A stretch of 62,628 nucleotides of DNA, the filler included, from Chrysochromulina tobinii (Eukaryota), in NCBI GenBank assembly GCA_001275005.1. It is 9 parts of 9 records of this genome, joined end to end, with 100 filler letters (N's around TTAATTAATTAA, not from the genome) between each part and the next. Parts side by side here need not be neighbours in the genome. Positions count along the whole stretch, not along the records: positions 43,057 to 56,622 come from JWZX01000558.1; positions 56,723 to 59,229 come from JWZX01000560.1; positions 59,330 to 62,628 come from JWZX01000566.1; 6 more parts are not named here. One strand, given 5' to 3'. Made by a program: the position numbers and the translations under genes. The notes under the pieces are model-generated. The model was not told the origin of the DNA. It searched no databases and worked only from the letters and a program-made list of their open reading frames with translations. Positions within the stretch are counted from its first letter, which is position 1. Every line of letters starts with the position of its first letter. This document shows positions 54,151 to 62,628 of this stretch, in pieces.

Positions 54151-55245
54151 ATGGCGGCGCACACGCACACTGCCGCCATTGTGCTTTCGGGCGCGTATCG
54201 CACGCTACCCGACTGCAACGCGAGCATGGTGCGCCACATCATCGACGCGAATCCCAGTGTGCGTTTTCATGTGTACGCGCACCTCACTACTGAGGTGGTC
54301 GGTGCCGACCAGCAGGTGCAGAGAGACATATGGAACTCCTTTCCTTGTGTGGTGGGCGCTGCCCTGGAAACCAACGTGGCCGTATCCGCTGGAGTGCGAG
54401 CCGAAGTACCGGGCACAGAAAAGGTGCCGCGCGGCCGCGGCACTGCGCAAGGCAAGGCCATGAACATCATCAAGATGTTTCGTGGCATCGCGGCAGCACA
54501 GCGTCTGCTCACCACTCAGCCGCAGCAGCTACACCATCATGGCAAAGGTGGAGAGTCGACGGTGCCCGGACGGCTCGAGCCGCCGCCTGCCGTGCAGAAC
54601 GGTGCACGCTGTGCCGCCGCCGGCCCGCCACGCATGCCGCGGGGCGGTTACGATCTCGTCATCCGCCTGAGGCCTGACCTTTGCTTCTGCGGCCCCCTCG
54701 ACTTGCAGCCGCTGCTGTCGCGCTCGGGCGCCGCGCACCACGTGTGGCTGCCGTGGTGGTCGGCGCAGGTCGGCTGGGCGTTTGACCAGATCGCCGTCGG
54801 CCCGCCCGCCGCGATGGCTGCATACGCGCAGGCGTATGAGAGTACGGTGCGCCGCCTCGTCGCGGCCAAGAGGGAACTGTATCCAGAAGGCGTCATGTGG
54901 GAGCACTTGGCGAGCCTCGGGCCGCACCTGCGGCTGCTGCGCCCGCTGCGCGGCTTCCAAGCCAGCCTCGCCCGCAGCTCGCCGCGATTCCATATCGTTG
55001 ACCCGTACTCGAAGCTCAAGCAAGACTTAGCCGTCGTGCAGCCAGCGCTTGCGGGCTCGCTGCCGCCGTATGCGTGTAGCGGCGCCACGACCGTGCGCAC
55101 CACAGACGACGGCTCCAATCGGTCTGCAGTCTCGGGGGTGAATCGCTCGGGCCACCCACGGGGCAAGCGGCGCGGCGTGGGCGGGACCATCGAGACTCTG
55201 GTGAGCCATCTGCGCCGGCGTCGGAGCAGGTCGAGGCAAGTCTAA
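54151..55245 (+). CDS. Putative glycosyltransferase-like protein (LSGxxR / YDxVIRxRPD family)
   Basis: AIVLSGAYR, YDLVIRLRPDL, FDQIAVG, YPEGVM motifs. Confidence 0.65.
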   Translation: MAAHTHTAAIVLSGAYRTLPDCNASMVRHIIDANPSVRFHVYAHLTTEVVGADQQVQRDIWNSFPCVVGAALETNVAVSAGVRAEVPGTEKVPRGRGTAQGKAMNIIKMFRGIAAAQRLLTTQPQQLHHHGKGGESTVPGRLEPPPAVQNGARCAAAGPPRMPRGGYDLVIRLRPDLCFCGPLDLQPLLSRSGAAHHVWLPWWSAQVGWAFDQIAVGPPAAMAAYAQAYESTVRRLVAAKRELYPEGVMWEHLASLGPHLRLLRPLRGFQASLARSSPRFHIVDPYSKLKQDLAVVQPALAGSLPPYACSGATTVRTTDDGSNRSAVSGVNRSGHPRGKRRGVGGTIETLVSHLRRRRSRSRQV

Positions 55246-55685
55246 ATTAGAACAGCAGCCGGAGCTGCATACGCGGCGCCTTTACCCTCGGGGTCGCCCA
55301 CCCGCCTGCGGCACAGCTGCGCGAGCTGGTTGGGCGTCAATCCATTAATAGTCACTTAAGGGGTAGCCAATCCACGCTCGGCATCAGGCTGTGTGCGTGT
55401 GTGATCATGCGTCGGCTCTTGGAGCACCGCGCACGCAGGTCGCAGCGCAGCGCGCGTAAGGCCGCCTTTAAAGGCCCGCCGCCGGCAGCGAGCGCGTTAC
55501 CGCGGCGTAATATTTGTGCGTTGCACCACCCGTGCACGACCGCGGCTTAACCGCGGCGTCATGAGATCGACACATATATCAACTATTTATCCACATGCTA
55601 GAAGGCCCTCACTCTACTAGGTGTGGCGGTGAGGAGTCTGCGGGGCTGAGGTCCTTTCACCTGTGTTCGCGCTTAGTCCGCGCTT

Positions 55686-56393
55686 TCACTGACGGCGATC
55701 CTCGATGCCAAGGCCAGCCGCTTTATCTCCGAGCATGAGGCGCAACATCTTCTCAAGCTGGCCCTGCTTGCGCCCACCGTACGGGTCGATGCGCTTCGCG
55801 TTCGGATCCAGCTCGCCGCGCGCAATCCCGATGCTCACCTGCACGCAGAGCGCAAGCTGGCCGGCTGCAGCAATGGCGCATACTGTAGAGCCGAGCGCAC
55901 CCATCGCGATCACGACGTAGCGCGCTACGGTGCTGAAGCGTGCGACGACGTAAAAGGTGTCATCGCTTATGGGCTGGTTGTTGAACATGTCAGTGGCACC
56001 CATCGTGAAGTGGTACGCCAGCACGGAAACTGCGCCGTAGGAAGAGGCTCCGAGGATCAGCAGCCACGGGCTGATGCCATTAAGATCGGTGGGCTTCTTT
56101 TCTGGCGGTGGCTCTGGCCTCTTGGGCTGCAGGGCGCGAATTTCGGCCAGCAGCGCTTCATTCGATTTCGCCGCAGGCGCCGTCGGCCATTGCTCGACCC
56201 GAGCCTTGTCGGGGGTGAACGAAGTCTTCGTCTCGTCATCTGCGCGTGCGAAGCGTGGCTTGAGCTCGTCACGTGGCTGCAAGCCTAGCTCAGCGACAAT
56301 GTGCACGGCCCGCCGCAAGGCGGCGGCCCGTGAGTACGGCACTCGCTGCGGCGGCGCGAAGGCCAGAGCAAGGCAGACGATCACGTTGGACAT
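55686..56393 (-). CDS. DUF3082-like plastid membrane protein
   Basis: Signal peptide + AFAP; two-TM region LILGASSYGAVS...YVVARFSTVARYVVIAMGALG. Confidence 0.7.
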   Translation of the reverse strand: MSNVIVCLALAFAPPQRVPYSRAAALRRAVHIVAELGLQPRDELKPRFARADDETKTSFTPDKARVEQWPTAPAAKSNEALLAEIRALQPKRPEPPPEKKPTDLNGISPWLLILGASSYGAVSVLAYHFTMGATDMFNNQPISDDTFYVVARFSTVARYVVIAMGALGSTVCAIAAAGQLALCVQVSIGIARGELDPNAKRIDPYGGRKQGQLEKMLRLMLGDKAAGLGIEDRRQ

Positions 56394-56622
56394 GTCGAGG
56401 TGCGAGGAGGACGCCCCGACGAAACTTCTCTCTTGAATTTGCTGACCTATTTTCCTGTGGAAAGCCCAGCGAGACTCAAGAGTCTCTCAGCCCTACGCAG
56501 GCAAAAGCACCCACAGCGAGCAATCCGGCGGGGCCGGCGCGAAGGTGGGCTGCTGTCGCCTCCCACGCTGGCGCGTCGGGCCGCCTGGCGCGTGATTTCG
56601 ATCCAGGAGACACGCTGCCACT

Positions 56623-56722
56623 NNNNNNNNNNNNNNNNNNNNNNNNNNNNNNNNNNNNNNNNNNNNTTAATTAATTAANNNNNNNNNNNNNNNNNNNNNN
56701 NNNNNNNNNNNNNNNNNNNNNN
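56623..56722. other. Artificial contig linker
   Basis: N44-TTAATTAATTAA-N44. Confidence 0.99.
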
Positions 56723-59229
56723 CCTGCTCGTTCCACAGCTGCTTGACCGAGAGGAGCGAGAACTTGAAGTCGGGCACGCAACGCACATTGGTGAAGGTGA
56801 GCTGAACAGTAGTGCCCTGCTTGTTGCGCACGATCACGGGAAGGTCACCGATGGCCTCGCACCTCGAGATGTTGCCATTCGCCTGCGAGTAGATCTCGTC
56901 GCAAGGGCGAGGGTTGGCGAGGCAGGTGAAGGTGCGGGCGTGTTGCTGCCGGTGCTTGGGTAGGGACCGAGGTGGGTCCAGCGAGCGTTCCTGCGATCAG
57001 CGCGAGGAGGACGATGCCGATGGCCGAGGCGGCGAGCCACCGGATGGCCGGCGGCCCAGCGGAGAGCCGCTGACGGCGACGATTGTCGAGGATGGCTGCC
57101 ATGCGCGTGGCAATGAGTAGCGGAGCCATCGCCGCCCGCGTCGCATCGTCGCGCGAAGGGTCGGCAGGTTCGGCGGGATCGTCGGCGAGTTGTTCGGCGG
57201 ACTCGGCGGGTTCGTCGGCGGGCGGCCCTTTTTGTGCCCCTTCGGCGGGCGGCGGGGGGCAGGCACCTGACCGGCGGGCCTTGAAACGCCGCCACCGTAC
57301 CTGGATGGTGCGGGCTGAATGATCGCGCTTTACCTCGACGCAATCGTGGACCACGAACATGAGCTGAGCGTCGTCGTCGAGTAGCTCTCGATCCATTGGG
57401 TCCAGCCCGAGGAGCATGCCTGTGACGATACACGCCCAGAAGTGCGGCAGGAACTTGAGCACCCGCGAAAAGAGGCGCTCGTCGGGGTTGTCGGCGCACT
57501 CCTCGCAGCGCGGGGCCGGATCGGGTTCATCGTCGGAGCTCGCGCTGTCGGTGGTGTCGGTCTCGTACTGACGGGCGCAGGTGCCCGAGCACCCGGGCAC
57601 GAAGTCAGGGCAACGGGTGTTGCTCGGATCGAAGTCGGCGGTGGCGATGTCGATCCCAAGAGCGGCCGCCAGGGAGTGCTCGTCTGGAGATGGTTCGACG
57701 AGTTGCACGACGCCGTCAATGACCTTGGTTTGAGCAACGTTGGCGGAGTGCACGATCTTCGAGGGCGCGGCGGAGTCGAAGAATCCGGAAAGTTGGGCGA
57801 GGAGGGCGCGCTCGTCGGTCGTGTGATCGCCGGAGATGGTCACCGTGGTCGTGCGGGCGCCAGCAGACACGAGGGCCGATGCGGGCGCAGCCGCCGGCGT
57901 GACGTCGGCTGCCAGTGCAGTCTTGCCCCTCTCGGCGTCTCTCTTGGCCTTGGATGCGTCGAGCCAGGCTTTCGTCTTCGGGTCGGTGCAGTCGCGGTAG
58001 AGGTGTTTGCCGCCGCACTTGCACACATCCATGCCCTCGACCCACTTGAGGAGTTCGCCCTCCTTGTTGCCGTCGGGACGGCGAGGCGGCCTGGTCTTCT
58101 TGGACTTCTTTTCGTCGCCGGGCTTGTTCTTGGTCGGGTCGCGATCGGAGACGGTCGCGTCACCGGCGAGGAGGCCGAGTTGCTTGGCGCCGCCGGAAAG
58201 GGCAGCGAGCTTGGCGCGCGCCTCTCTCGTGCGGAGGATCTCCTCAATGAGCGCGACGGCGGCGTCCATGGTCGAGGGTGCCGAGGTGCCTAACGCGACC
58301 ATGCGGATCTCGTACTGGTCGCAGATGTTGGGGTCGAGCTGCGCGAGTTGGTTCACGATCTCGAGCCTGGTGCCGTCGGTCTGGTTGTTCTTGAGCGCGG
58401 CCGGTAGCATCGCCTCGAGCTGCTTGTACTTCTCGATGAAGGCCGCGAGATTCTCCGCGGTGATTGGGGCCCCGTGGATCTTGTTGAGGACGTGGGCGTT
58501 GAACCTCGCCTCGACAAGTGCCGTGTCAGCCGGCTTGGCTTTGGCGGACTCCGTGCGGAGGAGGTTGAGAAGGGCTCGGCCGCTGCCCTTGGCGGCCGTG
58601 CGGAGGCGCCCGGCGATGGTCTCGTTGGGGATGATGCTGAGCACTGTCTTGAGGAGCTTGTTGTCCTCCGCCTTGCACATCTCGGGCGAGACAATGAACT
58701 GGGTGTCGAAGTCGGTCGGCTTGGTCGTCACCTCGGTGAGCGCAGTTTTCTTGCCGGCCGGGGTCGCGTTGTACTTGGCGATGCTCTTCGCGGCCGACTC
58801 GTACGGTTCTGCGAACGAACCCACGCCTGCCTTGTAGGTCGAGTCGGTGAGAAATGTTGCGGTAGTGAAGGAATCGACGGCAACCTTGCCATTGCGCAAG
58901 AGGACCGCGCCGTGCGTGAGGAGCGGCTGGAACATGCCGTTGTTGACGAAGTGCTCGTTGAGGGCCTCGAGGATGCCCGTGAGCTCGGCGGGATTGCCCG
59001 TGTAGAGGATGGGCTCGCCGTTTGGATAAGTCGGTGTTGACGGTGACTCATGGTCGTGCGTCGTTGCAGTGGATAGCGTTGACATCTTCGATCGGTCGAA
59101 GTTGGATGGGCTGGAGGTAGTCGGACCACCACCGTATACCACGTGGGAAAGAGTGACTACTTGAGTAGTAGTGAGTAACTTTAGGCGTCGCACGCGGAGT
59201 GCACAGAGAGCTTCGACAGACGAGCAGCC
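56723..59229 (-). mobile_element. Ty1/Copia LTR retrotransposon, 5' portion (LTR end, candidate PBS, gag, start of protease)
   Basis: Gag-like SGRALLNLL and knuckle CKCGGKHLYRDC; Copia protease-like ANG...IGDL...TNVRCVPDFKFSLLSVKQL at about 56723-56925; ...TTTCCCA-CG-TGGTATACGG on the minus strand near 59141. Confidence 0.85.
56845..59085 (-). CDS. gag: Copia Gag polyprotein with a long C-terminal extension
   Basis: ATG 59085 downstream of the candidate PBS; zinc knuckle at about 57987-58025. Confidence 0.8.
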   Translation of the reverse strand: MSTLSTATTHDHESPSTPTYPNGEPILYTGNPAELTGILEALNEHFVNNGMFQPLLTHGAVLLRNGKVAVDSFTTATFLTDSTYKAGVGSFAEPYESAAKSIAKYNATPAGKKTALTEVTTKPTDFDTQFIVSPEMCKAEDNKLLKTVLSIIPNETIAGRLRTAAKGSGRALLNLLRTESAKAKPADTALVEARFNAHVLNKIHGAPITAENLAAFIEKYKQLEAMLPAALKNNQTDGTRLEIVNQLAQLDPNICDQYEIRMVALGTSAPSTMDAAVALIEEILRTREARAKLAALSGGAKQLGLLAGDATVSDRDPTKNKPGDEKKSKKTRPPRRPDGNKEGELLKWVEGMDVCKCGGKHLYRDCTDPKTKAWLDASKAKRDAERGKTALAADVTPAAAPASALVSAGARTTTVTISGDHTTDERALLAQLSGFFDSAAPSKIVHSANVAQTKVIDGVVQLVEPSPDEHSLAAALGIDIATADFDPSNTRCPDFVPGCSGTCARQYETDTTDSASSDDEPDPAPRCEECADNPDERLFSRVLKFLPHFWACIVTGMLLGLDPMDRELLDDDAQLMFVVHDCVEVKRDHSARTIQVRWRRFKARRSGACPPPPAEGAQKGPPADEPAESAEQLADDPAEPADPSRDDATRAAMAPLLIATRMAAILDNRRRQRLSAGPPAIRWLAASAIGIVLLALIAGTLAGPTSVPTQAPAATRPHLHLPRQPSPLRRDLLAGEWQHLEVRGHR

Positions 59230-59329
59230 NNNNNNNNNNNNNNNNNNNNNNNNNNNNNNNNNNNNNNNNNNNNTTAATTAATTAANNNNNNNNNNNNNNN
59301 NNNNNNNNNNNNNNNNNNNNNNNNNNNNN
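59230..59329. other. Artificial contig linker
   Basis: N44-TTAATTAATTAA-N44. Confidence 0.99.
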
Positions 59330-59760
59330 GGCGCCTCGCCACCGTCCTCGCGGAGGCACTTGAGCACCGATCGAGCACAGGTCCCCTTACAGGTCCCGCG
59401 CGCCCGCCGGCAGCGTCGTGCGCGCGCATCGTTCCTCTCGGCAAGGGGAGCTACGGCGGCGCGGCCCACGATCGGCGTGCCCATCCCCCAGCCCCTCGCA
59501 CAACGCTCGGCGTGCCGCTGGTCACAATGCTGGAACTCGAGCCGCAGCTGAAGCGCCCTCGTGATCGCTTCGATAAGCATCTCGCGGCCGCGCGCCGTGG
59601 CGGGCGCATGAAGCGCGACGAGGGCGCGCTGCCGCCCATCGAGCGGCCCGAGTCGGTTGACTACGCCCTTTCACCGCCCACAGGTGTGGCGTGGGATGTG
59701 CGGTGGACGCCCATGGCGTAGTGCCAGTGTGGACGCCCCTTCTATGTGCGGTTTAGCTGT

Positions 59761-59863
59761 CAGGTTTGATAGAAGGTAAGTAGGTAAGTAAGTAGCACAT
59801 GCGAACAGGCTCAGGCAGCGTACACGTGGCGAGGGCGGGCTCCCCCCAGGTTTGATAGAAGGT
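59761..59863 (-). mobile_element. Severely 5'-truncated copy (about 70 bp) of the (TTAC)n-tailed retroposon with a 17-bp TSD
   Basis: caggtttgatagaaggt at 59761-59777 and 59847-59863; taag repeats; ggcagcgtacacgtggcgaggg..ctcccc shared with 24032-24070. Confidence 0.8.
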
Positions 59864-60883
59864 TTAGAAGCTCGGTCCACCCTGATCGCTGATTGTGTTT
59901 CGCGTGGAGTTTCGAACATATTAGTTATTACGATATGCATATGCGATATGGGCAGGTCACGGCTGGGCGTTACCCGCGGCGTAGTCGTATCGGCCCGCCT
60001 TGCACCTCGTTAAAAGTACCGTCGACTGTCCGGTGAGCGTGAGGGGGTGAGACAAAAGACTTGGACTAAAGAGACGAACTTTACGTTTTTCTACCGCGCA
60101 TCCGCATGTGCGCACCGCCCCGCGCAGGCTGACAGCCTCACTACACACACACTGCGCCGAGCCGCGCCGCTTCGCGCGCGCAAACCGAAAAGGCCGGTTC
60201 ACGGCGCGGCGCGGCGAGCGCGCGCGCGCTCACGGCGGTTTCGTCGTCAGGGCTCGAGGTCCATGAAGACTTGTCGCTGGATCTCGAAGTGATCTCGAAG
60301 CCGCTCCTCATGTCGGAGAAGACGCAGTAATCGTTGTCCGCGTGGTAGGTGCTCATCAGCCCGAATCCGGTCATTTGCTCATCGAAGCCACAGCGTTGCA
60401 TGTTGCGCGCACCAGAGGCAGCGAGCCGCCGATCGAATACGGCTTCGCATCCCCGAGCACCTGTGGGGAACGGCAGTGGGGAAAGGCGGTGGGATTGGGG
60501 TTAGAAAAGGCGGTGGGGTTGGGGTTAGAAACGGCGGTGTGCCCTGAAGCATAGTGGGGGCGAGCGGGCAGTGGGGAACGGGCAGTGGGGAAAGGCAGTG
60601 GGGAACGGCAGTAGGGAAAGGCAGTGGGGAAAAAGGCGGTGTGCCCTGAAGCATAGTGGGGGGCGAGCGGGTAGGGCCGCGTCGTCCTCCGTGGAGAGGC
60701 TCAGGGCACCGGGTGTCTAGGCCCGGCTGCCGCGCTGTGGCGAGCACTGGTCCTGTGGGCCGTAACGAGCTGTGCCGCTCCATCGAGCCACAGGGGACTC
60801 GGAGGACACAAGAAAATCGGCCACTCGGTCTACTCGGTCGTACTCGGTCGCACTCAAGTCGGCCGTGGCGCGGGCGTACCGTG

Positions 60884-61010
60884 TGGGTCGCCTGCATGCT
60901 CGCGCGATGCCATATTTGGGTCGCCTGCATGCTCGCGCGATGCCATATTTGGGTCGCCTGCATGCTCGCGCGATGCCATATTTGGGTCGCCTGCATGCTC
61001 GCGCGATGCC
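60884..61010. repeat. 33-bp tandem repeat about x3.8
   Basis: tgggtcgcctgcatgctcgcgcgatgccatatt. Confidence 0.95.
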
Positions 61011-61146
61011 CCTCCGAGTCCAGGAAGCCTTCGCCCCACGAGAACTCGAGCTTACCATCACCGCCGGTTTGGAAGCGGGCCCGCCGACGTTCGAGGTTTG
61101 CGTCCAGGTCGGTCAGGTACTCGGCGAACATGGCACGCACGTCACC

Positions 61147-61271
61147 TCTGATCTCCACCCAAAGAAGGGATTTGATTGACGGAGCCCATCTGATCTCCAC
61201 CCAAAGAAGGGATTTGATTGACGGAGCCCATCTGATCTCCACCCAAAGAAGGGATTTGATTGACGGAGCCC
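61147..61271. repeat. 42-bp tandem repeat x3
   Basis: tctgatctccacccaaagaagggatttgattgacggagccca. Confidence 0.95.
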
Positions 61272-62628
61272 GTCGCGCATTTGACCTGTGCGCGGCGAGA
61301 GAGGACGCGGGCGCAGAGGATGCGGAGAGAGAGCACGCGCTGTGGGCACAGAGGAGGCATGCATCGCAGAGGAGGCGGGCAGCGGACGCCAGAGCGGGCA
61401 GCGGGCAGGTGGCCGGCATGGCGCATGCAGGCATCGCAGTGCCCGGCATGGCGCCTTCGTGAGTGCCCAGCATGGCGCATGTGGCATCGCAGGGCGCCAT
61501 CGTGGGCAACGCAGGGCGCCATCGCAGGGAGAGGAAAGAGAAGGCGTGGCTAAGGTGAAGGGGAGGCGGCGCCTCAGTTGAAAGATGGTGATGAGGGTTG
61601 TTCGTCAGCCAGCGACTCGCTGTCAAGGTGAACTATGCTTCTACAGTCGTCCCCGGCGCCGCCCGGGCAATCAGCCGGCAATCAGAGTGCCAAATCAGCG
61701 TGCCAAATCAGGGTGGCCATCCGAGAGGCCATGAGCGGCGCGTGCCTGCGTGGGCTTCATCGTGGACGGGCTCGCATTGTTGCACGCGCCCTCGCGCTTA
61801 TCGGCGGAGAAGTCGCGGTAGAAGCCCACAGAGGATAGAAGCGCTCTGGCAGCTTCACGGCCGCTCTATTCGCAGAAGTAAGTGTCACGTTCTGATAGCC
61901 TGGTGCAACAAACGCAGGAGGGCGAGCTCGTTGCACACACCGTGATGCTGAAGGAGGAGGCTGCCTTTGGGGAGTGGACCCAGAAGATGCGCTCGAGCCG
62001 GTGACATGCTGTCGGCTGCCAGAGCGGTGTGCCCACTGTGAGGTTGGTGAAAGTATCGTCGGCGGCTCGGACGAGCGCCTCCGGAGCGGCGCCGATCGCG
62101 TTTTCGTTCAGATTTGTGCACCGACGCGAGCCGAGTCGCCGAGGTACAATACTGAGTGAGGCGACGCGCTCTCGGGCCGGACCTTGGTGCTGTGGGAGTG
62201 AGGTTATATGTGAACGTTAACAGCTTAACACAACGACAAACGGTGCTACGGCAGTGTGTTACAGACCGCTCAGAATACATCACCTTACATGGCCCCATAT
62301 GAGACACGGAGCATGCGCGCGCTGGCGGCGTTGAGGATGGTTTGGGCGTCGGCGGCTTGGATGGCGGTGGAGTTCCTGAAAGTTCCTGGAGATGTTGGCA
62401 ACGTGGTATGTGTGGAATCAATCAAACCCCCCAAACCAATCGTATTGGAAACCCCACGTCTCCCAGGGGCAAAGTGTGCTGCGGCGTGGCCTGGGGCAGT
62501 GTGCTGGGGGCGAGTATGCTCGTGGCTGGCTCGTCGCTCGTCGGCTCGTGGCTGTCCCAGACGCCACTGGGGCGGCGGCGCGGCTACACGTCGGGAGAGA
62601 AGCCGGCAGCCTCCGTGTCCGCGAGCGT

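Larger units (their letters stand above)
60247..61826 (-). pseudogene. Degenerate acetylornithine deacetylase (M20, plant NAOD-like), C-terminal half
   Basis: FYRDF...PSTMKPTQ, GSVNQIP..EIRGDVR, KPYSIGGSLPLVR, GFD.QMTGFGLMSTYHADNDYC lie in the correct order but with frameshifts and duplications; GC-AG intron 61286-61745. Confidence 0.8.

Noticed and set aside
4231..59329. TTAATTAATTAA as a biological motif, or gene clusters spanning it
   Set aside because: It is always centred in exactly 100-bp N-padded blocks, so it is an artificial joiner; neighbours across it are unlinked
60460..60680. Telomeric repeats (ggggttag)
   Set aside because: Only two imperfect units, embedded in intron repeats of the pseudogene
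60884..61271. Repeat-protein CDS (ORFs 60379-61626 and 60656-61462)
   Set aside because: Better explained as duplicated pieces of a decayed deacetylase exon plus intron sequence

Overview
This is GC-rich eukaryotic nuclear DNA, most likely from a haptophyte alga (inferred from a GapC1-type GAPDH, SP+AF-type plastid presequences, BBS5, GC-AG introns and repeat-filled introns). It is not one locus: eight artificial 100-bp linkers (44 N + TTAATTAATTAA + 44 N) join nine unrelated contig pieces, so adjacency across a linker means nothing. Recognisable genes are importin-alpha (3' exon), a DNAJC16-like J-protein, a SAM methyltransferase, a divergent kinesin, an Obg GTPase, UFC1, DusA plus a CCCH finger, two ENTH/epsin copies, BBS5 (partial), a 2OG-Fe(II) oxygenase, a 3xKH protein, plastid GAPDH, mTERF, an LRR-SPRY tandem-repeat protein, mL50, a NIPA-type transporter, an IQ+Costars protein, an EF-hand/prolyl-4-hydroxylase, a glycosyltransferase-like protein and DUF3082. 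Mobile or decayed DNA includes a Ty1/Copia fragment, two TSD-flanked copies of a (TTAC)n-tailed retroposon, a TIR-bounded element with a tandemly amplified end, and a scrambled acetylornithine-deacetylase pseudogene. I found no rRNA, tRNA or CRISPR array. The most unusual items are: a pseudo-kinesin with CxxC pairs at both switch loops and an F-box-like insert; an LRR-SPRY array whose differences cluster in one SPRY segment; an internal LRGG|GCGASK motif; and introns filled with strand-specific CTGA(T/G)TGCC-type decamers, one of them bounded by a 12-bp duplication. All family calls come from motif recognition by eye, not from database searches.
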